Assembly: GCA_951406725.2 (NCBI GenBank)
Contig: OX597822.1
Span: 115,134,001 to 115,198,000 of the forward strand
Reading direction: 5' to 3'
Length of the DNA stretch: 64,000 nt
From: Octopus vulgaris
Lineage: Eukaryota
The notes under the pieces were generated by a model. It was given only the letters and a program-made list of their open reading frames with translations, did not search any database and was not told the origin of the DNA. A program made the translations under genes and the position numbers. This document shows positions 41,691-54,111 of this stretch, piece by piece; within the stretch, counting starts at the first letter, position 1, and the number at the start of each line of letters is the position of its first letter.

Positions 41691-42305
41691 CCTTTTATTC
41701 ATTTTCTTACGAATTATTTGCTTCCTACTTTTGTTGTCGTCGTCGCTTTTCTTTCCTTTTCTTTTTGTTTTCCTTTTCTTTTTCTCCTTCCTTTCTTTTT
41801 CACGTATTTTGTGTCTTCGTTCTTATTTGATGTTGTTGACATTTCACACAGAACCTACACAATGCAATAGGCAGAAATTCTTGCAACTCGAGAGCATTTG
41901 GGGAGTTTCAAACCGCATGATTAATATGGAGTAGCCAAAAAATGTAGCGGAAATATTGTTCACGCTTCACTGAGCTCAATGAATACAGATGGCTATTTTG
42001 TTAGCGTTTTAAATATTAAACCGCATGTTAAAACTGGAGTTAGTAATCTACATACATAGACGCACACACATAGATGCACACGCATATACACACGCATCTC
42101 ACACCCACACCCACATCCATTCATCCATACGTCCATCCATACATACATTCACAGGCACACACACAAACCCAAACACACACACATATATATATATATGCGT
42201 ACACGCGTGTGAGATTCTTGGCCTGTATTTATCTATGAGAGGCGCGCACTTGCTTCTGGTAATGTACGTGTGTATATGTATGTGTATGCGTATATGTATG
42301 TATGC

Positions 42306-42396
<91 letters not shown>

Positions 42397-42804
42397 CATA
42401 TATATATACACATATATATAGACAAACATATATATATATGTGTGTGTGTGTGTGTGCGAGCGCGTGTGTCTGCATGTATTTATACATATATTACAAAAGC
42501 CATTTAAATGTGCATTCCCAAACAGATAGCAATTGAAAGTATGGACGTATATGTGTGCGCTATGTGTGTACGCGTGTTTGTATGTGCGTGAGAGTTTGTG
42601 TGTACATATATAGATGCGTGTATGATCAGTCACGTACAGTTTCTAAGCATATACTTTTATAGACATGAACACACTTGAATGGTTAAATATATACTAATCT
42701 TGACGTATATTTTGTATACATGGGACTAAAAAAAAGTTAGTACACACATGTTCTTATAACATAATTGAACATATACATACACAGAATGGGCATGTGTTTG
42801 CATG

Positions 42805-42848
<44 letters not shown>

Positions 42849-43424
42849 CACAGGGACGCGCACCTATACACTCACACATAGGAAAATATCGTCTCAACAG
42901 ATTTTTACAAAATATATATCTGCATTTGCGTATATGTGTGTGTGTGTGCGCGCGTGTGTATGTGTTCTCTGTGTGCGTGTGTGTATGTATATGTGTATAT
43001 ATATACATATATGCACACACATATATATATGTATATATATATATGTATATATACACATATAAGTACATACCAATATATGCATATATATATATGTGTATAT
43101 ATATATAGCTATAGATAGACAGGTGTATGTATGTATAAATACATATAAATATTTTCACATAACCACACACGCACACAAACACATACATACATACATGCAT
43201 ACATACATATATACATACACACATACACACACATACACAGATATTTTCATAAGTGACATGCATATTCTCATTCCCTTCTCACATCTCCCTCCTCCTACCT
43301 CTTTAAATACCTCTTTAAATAAATGTGTGTGCACGAACACTTGTGTAATGCCCTATGTCATTGTATGTACATACAATTCTATATCTATCCATCTATGTTT
43401 ATGTGTGTGCGTGTGTATGTATGG

Positions 43425-43495
<71 letters not shown>

Positions 43496-43908
43496 TCATG
43501 TTAATATGTATGTGAGTGTGACTGAGAAAGTGTGTGTGTGTGTGTGTGTGCTGTTTGTTGGCTTTTGTGTTTGTATAAGTAACGTTTAATGTAATATACA
43601 TACTGCCTGTCTGTTTTAAATGTCGTTCAAAACAATTGCCTTTGCTTTCATGTAAAAATATTCTATACAAAATGGTCACCTGTAGCTTAAAGGAAGCGGA
43701 GCGGAGCGGAGTGCGATTGAAACATCAGCTCAGCATTTGCATAAGCAGTTCTATTATTTTTAAAATATCATTAAACATGCTGCAAGGTCAGATTAGTTGC
43801 ACGACATATACAAAAGAAAACGTTTCAGATACCAGTTCGAGGACAGACAAGAAACTGAAAGACAACATTTTATGCTTTCTTGCTAATAGTTTCTTAGGTT
43901 ATCGGCAA

Positions 43909-43941
<33 letters not shown>

Positions 43942-43957
43942 ATTATTATTATTATTA

Positions 43958-44018
<61 letters not shown>

Positions 44019-45522
44019 TATTATTTTATTTATTTATTTATCTATTGTGAAACTAAGCAGCGAATTGACAGAGTTGTTAGAGGCCTGGACTAAGTGGTTT
44101 GCATTATATATTCCGCCGTGTTGTGTTGTGGGTTCAAATTTCACGCAGGGCAACTTCGCTTTTTATCCTTGCTAAGCTGGTAAATAAATTAGTAGTGTGT
44201 GGTGGTAAGGATGCTGCAATCACGATCGCTAGATCGTGGTTTCGCTTCCCGTGCCAGGGTGGGAAGATGCGTTATGTTCTTGAGCAAATCATTTCAATTT
44301 CACGTTGTGTTAGTTTACTCAGCTGTAAATGGCTAACCACGTGACAGATGGAAATGTTGCGATCCTGGTTATTTCTACATTATACACAGCCGGGTAATCG
44401 ACCCTATGGGGCCAAGAACCGAAGCGGTAATGTCCAGAAGATAATGATGAAGATGAAGACGACGACGACGATGATGATGATGATGATGATGTTGACGGAT
44501 ATGTAGTGAACTGGTGGACATGTCAAAACATCAAAGGGGCTTTACGTTATTTGTTCCCTCTTTCTGAGTTCAAAACCTACCGTGGTTCACTTCGGAACTA
44601 AAATTAATTTGTCATCCGGTTAGATACTTTCCCACACCCTAAACGTTTAAAGCCTCTATCAAAATATGCTCTTTTCCAAGTATTCGGGATAGGTCTCCGG
44701 TTTGATAATAATTTCCTCACCTTTCTTTCCTTCATTCTCAACAGTGTCGAAGTCCCTGAAAAGAGCCATGGACACTGGCTAAAATATAAAAAAGCAACTG
44801 CTACTGGGAAAGGAACCAACGCCGAAACCATGACACTGTAGAGCAAATGCATAGCAACAGAGGATAATAGTGGGATGGGGGCTCATCCTAATGTAGTTGT
44901 AAAAGGGCCATAAACCTCCTTAGCCTATCATGATTGCTAATTAATTTGGACAGTGGTTTCGACAATAACATTAGTATATAGAAAAAAATAAGGACTGCGT
45001 AGTCCTGTTTTTAAGAAATTCGCTCTGCAAGTTCATTTGCTCTGTGGAACATCACGTTCACGTGTCTTCTACGGTGTCATCTCTCACTTTCTCTCCTTCT
45101 CCCCCTCTCCCTAACACCTTCTCTCTCTCTCTTCCGCTCTTTCACCAGAAAAGAGAATTGCAGAGTTGACATTCTCAAGAGCAAGAACTAACCGAAGTAA
45201 TTAGTGTCGGGACATGTGAGATGGAAACAATATGGATGACGGAAGTAGGAAAGACGAGAGAGACGGGTGTGCTTGAGTGGCTGTGACACAAGAGGAGCCG
45301 GCTCGGAGGAGCGGTGCCACAGGAGTCGCTGCAAAAATGACAAAACCGGAAGTCATGTTTGTGATAAGCACCCCCCTGTGTTACGAAATACTTCAACACT
45401 AAGCATCACTAATACAGCTATATATTTTTAATAGATAACAGACTATATTCTAGATCTTATACTTAAAACAAATCGAGCTTACTTTTGAGAGATGTTTTAA
45501 TCACTAATACTTTACAAATATT

Positions 45523-46269
45523 GATTTCAAATTTTGGTACAAAAAGAAGGGGATAAGTCTATAACGACGACCACAGTCCTTAACTGGTACTTACTTTATC
45601 CACCTCGAAATGATGAAAGGCAAAATTCACCTCAGCGGCATTTGAAGTAAGAACGTAAAGACGGACGAAATCCTGCTAAGCATTTTATCAGGTATGCTAA
45701 CGATCCTTTTCTACTCTAAGCACAAGGCCCGAAATTTTGGTAGAGGGGGTCAGTCGATTAGATTGACCCCAGTACGCCACTGGTACTTAATTTATCGACT
45801 CTGAAACGATGAAAGGTAAAGTCGACCTCGGCAGAATTTGAACTCAGAACGTAAAGACGAAATACCTATTTCTTTACTACCCATAAGGGGCTAAACACAG
45901 AGAGGACAGACAAACGGATTAAGTCGATTACATCGACCCCACTGCGTAACTGGTATTTTATTTATCGACCCCGAAGGGATGAAAGGCAAAGTCGACCTCG
46001 GCGGAATTTGAATTCAGAACTTAGCGGCAGACGAAATATCTATTTCTTTACTACCCACAAGGGGCTAAACATAGAGGAGACAAACAAGGACAGACATAGA
46101 GATTAAGTCGATTACATCGACCCCAGTGCGTAACTGGTACTTAAATTATCGACGCCGAAAGGATGAAAGGCAAAGTCGACCTCGGCGGAATTTGAACTCA
46201 CAACGTAACGGCAGACGAAATACCGCTAAGCATTTCGCCCGTGCTAACGATTCTGCCAGCTCGCTGCCT
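45523..46269 (-). mobile_element. Composite family A SINE with four body modules
   Basis: Repeated modules; flanked by taatactttacaaatatt (45505-45522) and taatactctgcaaatatt (46270-46287), 16/18 identical. Confidence 0.85.
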
Positions 46270-46338
46270 TAATACTCTGCAAATATTAATTCACTTACGG
46301 TATATATCCACCCTTTGCCCATGCTACAATTAAACTAC

Positions 46339-46373
<35 letters not shown>

Positions 46374-46402
46374 TAATGATATTTGTTTATCTGAGTATTA
46401 TC

Positions 46403-46610
46403 TGGCGGTGAGCTGGCAAAATTGTTAGCACGCCGGACAAAATGCTTTGCGGCATCTCATCCGTCTTTACGTTCTGTGTTCAAATTCTGCCGAGGTAAAC
46501 TTCACCGTTCTACCCTTTCGAGGGCAATAAAATAAGTACCAGTTTAACACTGGGGTCGATGTAATCGGCTTAGTCGCCATCCCCCAAATTACTGGCCAAA
46601 ATTTGAAACC
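46403..46610 (+). mobile_element. Family A SINE
   Basis: ggcggtgagctggcaaaattgttagcacgccggacaaaatgct... Confidence 0.85.
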
Positions 46611-46939
46611 ATTATTATGTATCAATACCTGTTCACTTCATGTTACTTTTTTTCTTTTATCTCTTAGCATTATTTAATTACAGCATTTTTCGTACAGGCT
46701 CATGAGGTGCGGGTTACATTCGATAAAATAAAGTACCGGCCAAAAGCTAGGGTCGATACGATTTTGTATCTTTATTGTAAGGCAGCTACAACATAAATGA
46801 AATTATGAAGGAAAAATATTTCGTTATCTGGTCAAGGATAAGAGCAAGTTTATTGTGATATGATTCAAACGACTGGAATGTTCACCTGAGGTACCAACTG
46901 TAAGAACCAAACCGTTATATAACATATGAGTATTACGAT

Positions 46940-47240
46940 AAACGTCGCCCTCTTCAAGCCTAGCCAGGCTCATGGACCCGGTTTCCAGGTTTCTGTGGCG
47001 TATGTGTTCCCCCCAGCTGGACAGACGCCAGTCCATCGTTACTCAAGAAACAGGAAGAGAGAGCGAGAGAAAGTTGTGGCGAAAGAATACAACAGGGGTC
47101 GCCACCACCCCCTGCCGGAGCCTCGTGGAGCTGTTAGGTGTTTTCGTTCAATGAACACACACAACGCCCGGTCTGGGAATCGAAACCGCGATCCTCCGAC
47201 GGCGAGTCCGCTGCCCTAACCACTGGGCCATTGCGCCTCC
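46940..47240 (-). mobile_element. Family D SINE (tail type 1)
   Basis: Head ggaggcgcaatggcccagtggttagggcagcggactcg...gtttcgattcccagaccgggcg. Confidence 0.85.
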
Positions 47241-47964
47241 TATGAGTATTACAGTTAATATGTTCTCTTTTCGTACTAAACAACCTCAATGATTGATAAT
47301 TACTTTTTTTCTATTAAACCTCCAAAATCTGTGCCTTGCAAAGAAAAAGCGAATTGAAACAGAAAAGAGCAAAAACAAGCTCGAAAGACGCCTTTGTTTA
47401 TTGTTTGTTTTGTATAAAATTCTTATTTCAATGTGAAGTTACTGAAACATGACTCATTAGTTCGGGAATTATACGCCTAGGTGGAGTGAACATTGATTCA
47501 TATAAATATCTGTGTCTCACAGCATATAAATTTGTCTATATCAGTGCAGTATCGTATGGTTAAGAACTTCCGTTCGCATTCAGGCTTTGTTCTATCCTGA
47601 GGTACCTTAGGCAGGTGTCTTCCACAACAGGTTCGAGTTGACGTCAACCCTGTGAAATAGAACTAAGTAGATGGAAACTTTGTAGGAGCCAACCAAATGC
47701 GCTGTAATTATGATTCGGGTACTCATTTTTATCCCGTGGCATATATGAGCATATATGCCAAAGTGCCTTTAGCTGAAGATTTCACTACGAATACAACTAT
47801 CTGTGAAATATTAATCTACCTGAACTATAAAACGATTTGTTGGTATTTACACTGTGTGGGAGCAATGGAAACATTCCTTAGTCAAGATCTAAGAACTTGT
47901 CTTCAAGCCCTTGTCAGCTTTCTGAGCTTCATACGATGGATCATATGATTGTTTTCCTTGAACA

Positions 47965-48175
47965 AGGCGATGTGCTGGAAGAATCGTTAGCGCGTCGGAG
48001 AAAATGCTCAGCGGCATTTCTTCTGTTCTGAGTTCAAATGCCACGGAGCTCAACTTTTCCTTTCATATATTTGGGATCGATAAAATAAAAACCAGTTGAA
48101 AAGTAGGTCGATATAATCAACCTACACCTCCTCCAAAATTGCTGGTCTTTGTTTGCGTCGCAATTTGAAACTATT
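47965..48175 (+). mobile_element. Family A SINE
   Basis: ggcgatgtgctggaagaatcgttagcgcg...ttctgagttcaaat. Confidence 0.75.
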
Positions 48176-49281
48176 AATGTTTCCCGCGAATAATTATGAA
48201 TCGGATGATGCGGAGATACAAGGACAGATGAGAATACCAAAGAACGCTCTTAGAAGAGAGAACTCGGTGTAGTATTGTTTTATTATTGGTTTAGATTAAT
48301 ACATGGTTGACAAAGAGATTGGGGGAAATAAGCATAGGGTGTTACCGAGCGGGGGTAGCTGTGCGACCGGCCAACTCAGAAGAGTAGAGAGAAATGCCGG
48401 AAAAAATAATGTACGGTCCATAACCACGAACGAATGCCATTTTCATTACAGGCAAACCGTAACCAAATGTAGAACATACAGGCATTACCTATTAGTTATA
48501 AATTGACCGGAAAGTATTTGTCTGTGATTAATAAGGTCACGTGAAACGAATTTCCGGAAAAATTATTGCGAAAACCAATGAGGTTCTATGGTATACTTGA
48601 TTCAAACACATAAGAGTCAATGGAAATGGCATCAAGATCAAACCCAGTAAATGGAATATGCTGTATTTCTGATGATCAGATGCACATCGAACACATTCAC
48701 TGATTGGTTGTTGCAACAAAACTATTTCCCACCATCGTTGCTACTAAGTGCCGGTCGTAATCTGCCGTTATTGCCAGACCGATACTTCATACACCTCTGT
48801 AGATTCTTTGGGGCTGCGACAACCACGGGCGCGATACTCACCATGGACAATTTATTGCGTTTTATAATTTTGGTAATTATTTATCCTTAATTATCAGAAC
48901 AAACTGTTAAAGAGGACACTGCTGTTTTTTGTGCAAATTATATTTTTATTGCTCATTGGATTTTACAAGGTGCATGGTTGTCACATGAGTCTTACCCATA
49001 AATATCTACGACACAGCCTTATAAAATGCCTTCCGTTGAATACAAAGGAATTGATTAATATGTACGTTGCAGTCAAGTATTTACTTGTTTGGTTGTGGGG
49101 AAGGCGTAAGTTTCCAGAAAAAATTCATTGGTCTCTTAAAGATTTGAAAATTCAAGTAAAACACATAACACAACAGTGTTATACAAGTAGACCACGTAGG
49201 TGTTACAAGTTTCTTAATTGTTGTTACGTCAACACACACACAGAGACACACACACATACACGCACACACACACGACCATAC

Positions 49282-49364
<83 letters not shown>

Positions 49365-49412
49365 CATACACACACACACACACACACACAATATATATAT
49401 ATATATATATAT

Positions 49413-49710
49413 GGAGGCGCAATGGCCCAGTGGTTAGGGCAGCGGACTCGCGGTCGTAGGATCGCGGTTTCGATTCCCAGACTAGCCGTTGTGAGTGTTT
49501 ATTGAGCGAAAACACCTAAAAGCTCCACGACGCTCCGGCAGGGGATGGTGGCGATCCCTGCTGTACTCTTTCGCTACAACTTTCTCTCACTCTTTCTTCT
49601 GTTGGCCTGCTCGCTTACCCAGCGGGGTGGCGTCATTTGAAAGCTAAAACAATGCGAAGCGCATTGTGACCAGCGATGTGTAGCAACATCTGATGGTCTG
49701 GTCGATCACG

Positions 49711-49715
<5 letters not shown>
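49413..49715 (+). mobile_element. Family D SINE (tail type 2)
   Basis: Same head as the 46940-47240 copy, different tail after about 49603; inserted in (TA)n. Confidence 0.85.
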
Positions 49716-49764
<49 letters not shown>

Positions 49765-50186
49765 AAGATATATATATATATACATAAAGATATATATATA
49801 TATACATAAAGATATATATATATGTATATATACAACTTATAAACAAGGGCAATAGAAAAATTATTTCTATGCCAATATGCTGATAACAGACTTTTAAATC
49901 GTCAATTCCCACATATTATTATTTTACCCACTACAGAATTACGTTGTGCTGAAATCGAGGAAAGCCAGCCAACAGAATATTTTAAAATGTTCGTTATTTC
50001 TATATTGAATCAATTTCGGAATTAATCTCATAATAGATGTTTTCCCTCTTCAGTAGAAAATACGAATAGAAATAAATGAAATACCTACATGCGCTCATGG
50101 AAAAAAAGCCGAAGCAAAAGTCATGTGTACATATAAGTACCCCATATATATCTAAATATAAAATCTTTTGGCTAGCCTCAGCACAC

Positions 50187-50262
50187 TATTTACAATTGAC
50201 GGATATTTGTCCTCATTTTGTTTGTTGACAAGATGAGGACAAATATCCGTCAATTGTAAATA
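50187..50262. repeat. 76-nt hairpin, 35-bp arms, 6-nt loop
   Basis: tatttacaattgacggatatttgtcctcattttgt-ttgttg-acaagatgaggacaaatatccgtcaattgtaaata; one T/G position. Confidence 0.9.
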
Positions 50263-52396
50263 ATGTAACAGAAATGACAGTGGAGACATACAAGGAAACC
50301 GACCATTTTCTGTTTGTCTCTCTCTGAGTTTCCCTCTTTCTAATTCTCTCTCTCTCTCTCTCTTTTCTCTTTTCAAAACAAATCTTTCTCCCAGCGTTCA
50401 CTATTTTCCTCTCGTTCTTCTCCAACCACCTTCCATGCTTCTTTTCGTTTCATTTCCTTTCGTTTCATGTCCCCAGTGTCATTTTTTTGTTCCCAGCTTT
50501 GACCTCCATAAATCCTAAATTTTAGTTTAGAATTTATCGGACAATGGTCTTTTAAGACTCAGACTGTCGTTGAATGATCGAAATGAGAAGTAGAAAGACA
50601 GCGGACAACTGATGAAGTGGCCGTTCTCTCTGCTAACTTGTCCTGTTTTCCATTTTTTCTCGTGCTACGTATTTCACTCGTTTGTTTACGTATTTCATGT
50701 CATTTGCACCGTTGGTGATGTCCTCTACCCATATGTGCATGTGTCTGTCTATATATATATATATATATATATAAATGTAAGATTCAAGGATCGAGGTGCA
50801 AGAGGTAGGTGAGCTTCAAGCAAACAGTGGAAAATATAGAAACAATTTTTTATTGGAGCGGAAGGTGGTCTATTTTTTCTGTAAGCTGAAAAAAATTGTT
50901 TTATATTTTATTTTATATTTCATTCAGAGTCGCCAGGTATGCGAGGTGTCCACTTCCGAGAATTCGCTCACTATGAAACATATGTAGCTCGGATATTATC
51001 AACTCTATTCTTTAACTCTTGTAACTAAAATAGAAATAAACAAATGGAAAATTCTTTAACAATGAATACTACGAATATATTTTATCAATGAAAAATACTA
51101 CTACAAATTATCAATTGGAAATAGCTATATTTAAGCTATAATAGAACAAAGTCATCTATTAGAGATATTTATGAATATATAATATAGCTAAAAAAACATA
51201 AAAACTCACAAATATCCTTAACTCAGTTATAGTCCAAAATTTAATTACCAAATTATTTAACTAAATAATCGTTATTCATATTTTAGATTTAATTACACAT
51301 CTAATAATTATAATTTTTTTTAAATGATAACTAAATTACTATCAACAAATATAGTGATTAAAGACTAAAATTAATGCTATCAATAAATGTATAGACATAT
51401 AAAGAAAAATAAATAAATTAATTAATCCAATACTACTTACATAAATATTGAATATTAATATAATATAATTATGAGATACATTAAAAAAATTAAAGATTAA
51501 AATCAAATTAAAACCAGAAACCTAATTTTAAAAAATCGTATTACTATCAACGATTTATATATCTATTTGGCTAAGTAAAATCTTACAAATAAACGTGGAG
51601 TTAAAATCTAATAATTATATACATAACTTCGATAACTAAATCATTACATAACAATCAGTATTTATATAGTATACAAAATAATACAAGACTTATTAAAATA
51701 TTTTAAATTTTAAAATTTTAAAATCTTAAATAGAAATAGATTACTTAGCTTTCCAAGGCTTTGTGATGATATATATATATATATACTGAACTTTCCAGAA
51801 GTTCCTGACGATGAATTTGTCATATTTACATACCGGAATTTTACCGGTAAATAATTGTTGGTTATATGAAAAACCACTGAAAAATTATTTACCATTTTTA
51901 TTGTATTACCATGTGGACTTCTTATTCCATTGCGATCGGCCAGGCGGCGCGCACGGCAGAATTTTTGGAGGGAAAATTTACGTTCTCAGTCATTACTTAG
52001 TTTTAACATATGCACACATCCCCCCACTATCTGATGTCGCTTGGTCAGAAGTGAGGGCTTGTGGCATTTGATAAATCTATCGAATATGGTGTTGATAAAG
52101 GAAATCAAGCTATTTTCGTGCTTGTGATCTAGAAACATGTTCATCATTAACGGTAAGAGATTGGTTTCGTTTATTTGCTACTCCGTTTTTTGCGTATGTG
52201 AATCGCAGGGTTCGTCGTATTTGGAAAATCCACTTATAGTAAATGGAAAAAACAGTCTTTGACTGCCATTTCTAATTCCTCCGGTATTATTTTCACTATA
52301 TATATATATATATATTTCCTGAGCGCCATACTAATACAATTGTTCGTTTGTTTTCCACCTGCCTTCGTCTTTTGTCTATTTTCATAAAGCTTCCCG

Positions 52397-52476
<80 letters not shown>

Positions 52477-52530
52477 GTGAATGGAAGAAATGGAGTTGAA
52501 CGAAGATTGTACAGAATTCCTTTTATTACA

Positions 52531-52610
52531 TTCTACACATGTTTCAAAGGCCACAATTTTCCAAATTCTGATTAAATAAGGATACCATATTGCAGCTTTC
52601 TCTTCAGGAA
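52531..52610 (-). ncRNA. Type I hammerhead ribozyme motif with canonical core
   Basis: UUC CUGAAGA GAAAGCUGCAAU [loop] AUUGUGGCCUUU GAAA C AUGU GUA GAA: stem II 11/12 paired counting G.U, GUA triplet, palindromic ACAUGU; inside a (TA)n-flanked fragment 52473-52777. Confidence 0.65.
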
Positions 52611-52770
52611 AAACCAGGAATTACGTTGTCAGAACAAAACAAAACAAAGGCGCAGCAAAGCAATTCGAACGAGGACGCTCCTTAAGAGCCCATGGGTAAA
52701 AATGTTTTGCTACCCAGGTATCGGTTAGACTTTTGAATAATCCGTAACAAGATAATTCATCTTTCCATTT

Positions 52771-52811
<41 letters not shown>

Positions 52812-53094
52812 TGTACACTCGAGCAGGGTTGTGCGTTTGTGTGCGATGGGCTATTTATCAATTTTCTGCGATACAATGTTGTAAACTAATTTGTGAAATA
52901 GAGTTGTCTGTATCTAATCCACAAACGCAATTTAGCATTAGGTCCATAATAAGTATTGTGAGAGGCGCTGTGTGATTGTTTTTATTGTTTGTGAACTGGT
53001 GTATTTATTGTTATTGTTCTTGTTGCTACACTTCAAGCTTATACCTATCGTAACAGTCATTCCAGGAATAGGCACTTTTGCACTTTTCTTCCTT

Positions 53095-53437
53095 TATTAT
53101 TTTAGTCATTCGACTGTCGCCATGCTGCAGCATCGCTTTGTAAGGTTTTAGTCGAACAAATCGACCTTAGTGCTTATTTTAAAGGCTGGTATATCTTTAT
53201 CAAACCCTTTTGTTGAAATGCTAATTTTTTGAAGGATGTAAACAAACCAACACCGGTTGTCAATCAGCGGATGAGACTAACACAGATACGACGGGATTCC
53301 ACCTACTTTTCGTCGACCAAATTCATCCACAAGGCATTGATAGCTCCGAAGATATAGTAGAAGATACTTGCCCAAGTTGCCGCGCAGAGGTATTGAACCC
53401 GAAACGACATGATTGGAAAGCGAGCTTCTTGTTCACA
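53095..53437 (-). mobile_element. Family B SINE, diverged
   Basis: tttagtcattcgactgtcgccatgctg...agtagaagatacttgcccaag...gaacccgaaac. Confidence 0.75.
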
Positions 53438-53552
53438 CAGATATATCTTCCGACTTTTTTTGTTTTCAGCTGCAGTGTATACCTTGGATAATACTATCCA
53501 ATGTTTTCTTCTCTGGTGTTAGAGAGTATTTGAAGCAGATTTTTCTTCTAAT

Positions 53553-53785
53553 CTTTTACTCTTTTATTTGTTTCAGTCATTTGACTGCAGCCATGCTGGA
53601 GCACCGCCGTTATTCGAACAAATCGACCCCAGGACGTATTGCTTGTAAGCCTAGTACTTATTTCATCGATCTTTTTTGTGAAACCGCTTAGTAAACACAA
53701 CAGCATCGGTTGTCAAGAGATGGTGGGGTGAGGGCCAAGCACAGATACACTTACACACACACACGCACACACACACACACACACG

Positions 53786-53834
<49 letters not shown>

Positions 53835-53934
53835 GTATATATATACTTCTAATATAGGATAATTTTTTTTCTAAAACAAATTTCATCAAAGTGGCAGCAT
53901 ATTAAAATACCTTTAAAGGTGAAAAAATTGTTTC

Positions 53935-53975
<41 letters not shown>

Positions 53976-54111
53976 TTCGACGGGCTTCTTTCAGTTTCCC
54001 TCTATCAAATCCACTCACAAGGCTTTGGTCGGCCCGAGGCTATAGAAGAGGACACTTGTCCAAGGTGCAACGCAGTAGGACTAAGCCCGGAACCGTGGTA
54101 AGCAAGCAACT
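53553..54111 (-). mobile_element. Family B SINE interrupted in its tRNA head (remainder at 56028-56067)
   Basis: Ends at ggtaagcaagcaact; resumes ggtaagcaagctacttaccacacggccacccctgcgccta at 56028. Confidence 0.85.

Noticed and set aside
44711-44845. Host exon after a polypyrimidine tract ending in cag
   Set aside because: All frames stop within about 32 codons, no clear donor and no recognisable protein.
51000-51760. Mitochondrial insertion (NUMT) suggested by extreme AT content
   Set aside because: No recognisable mitochondrial gene, tRNA or rRNA motif; could be TE-derived. The same holds for 25200-26150.
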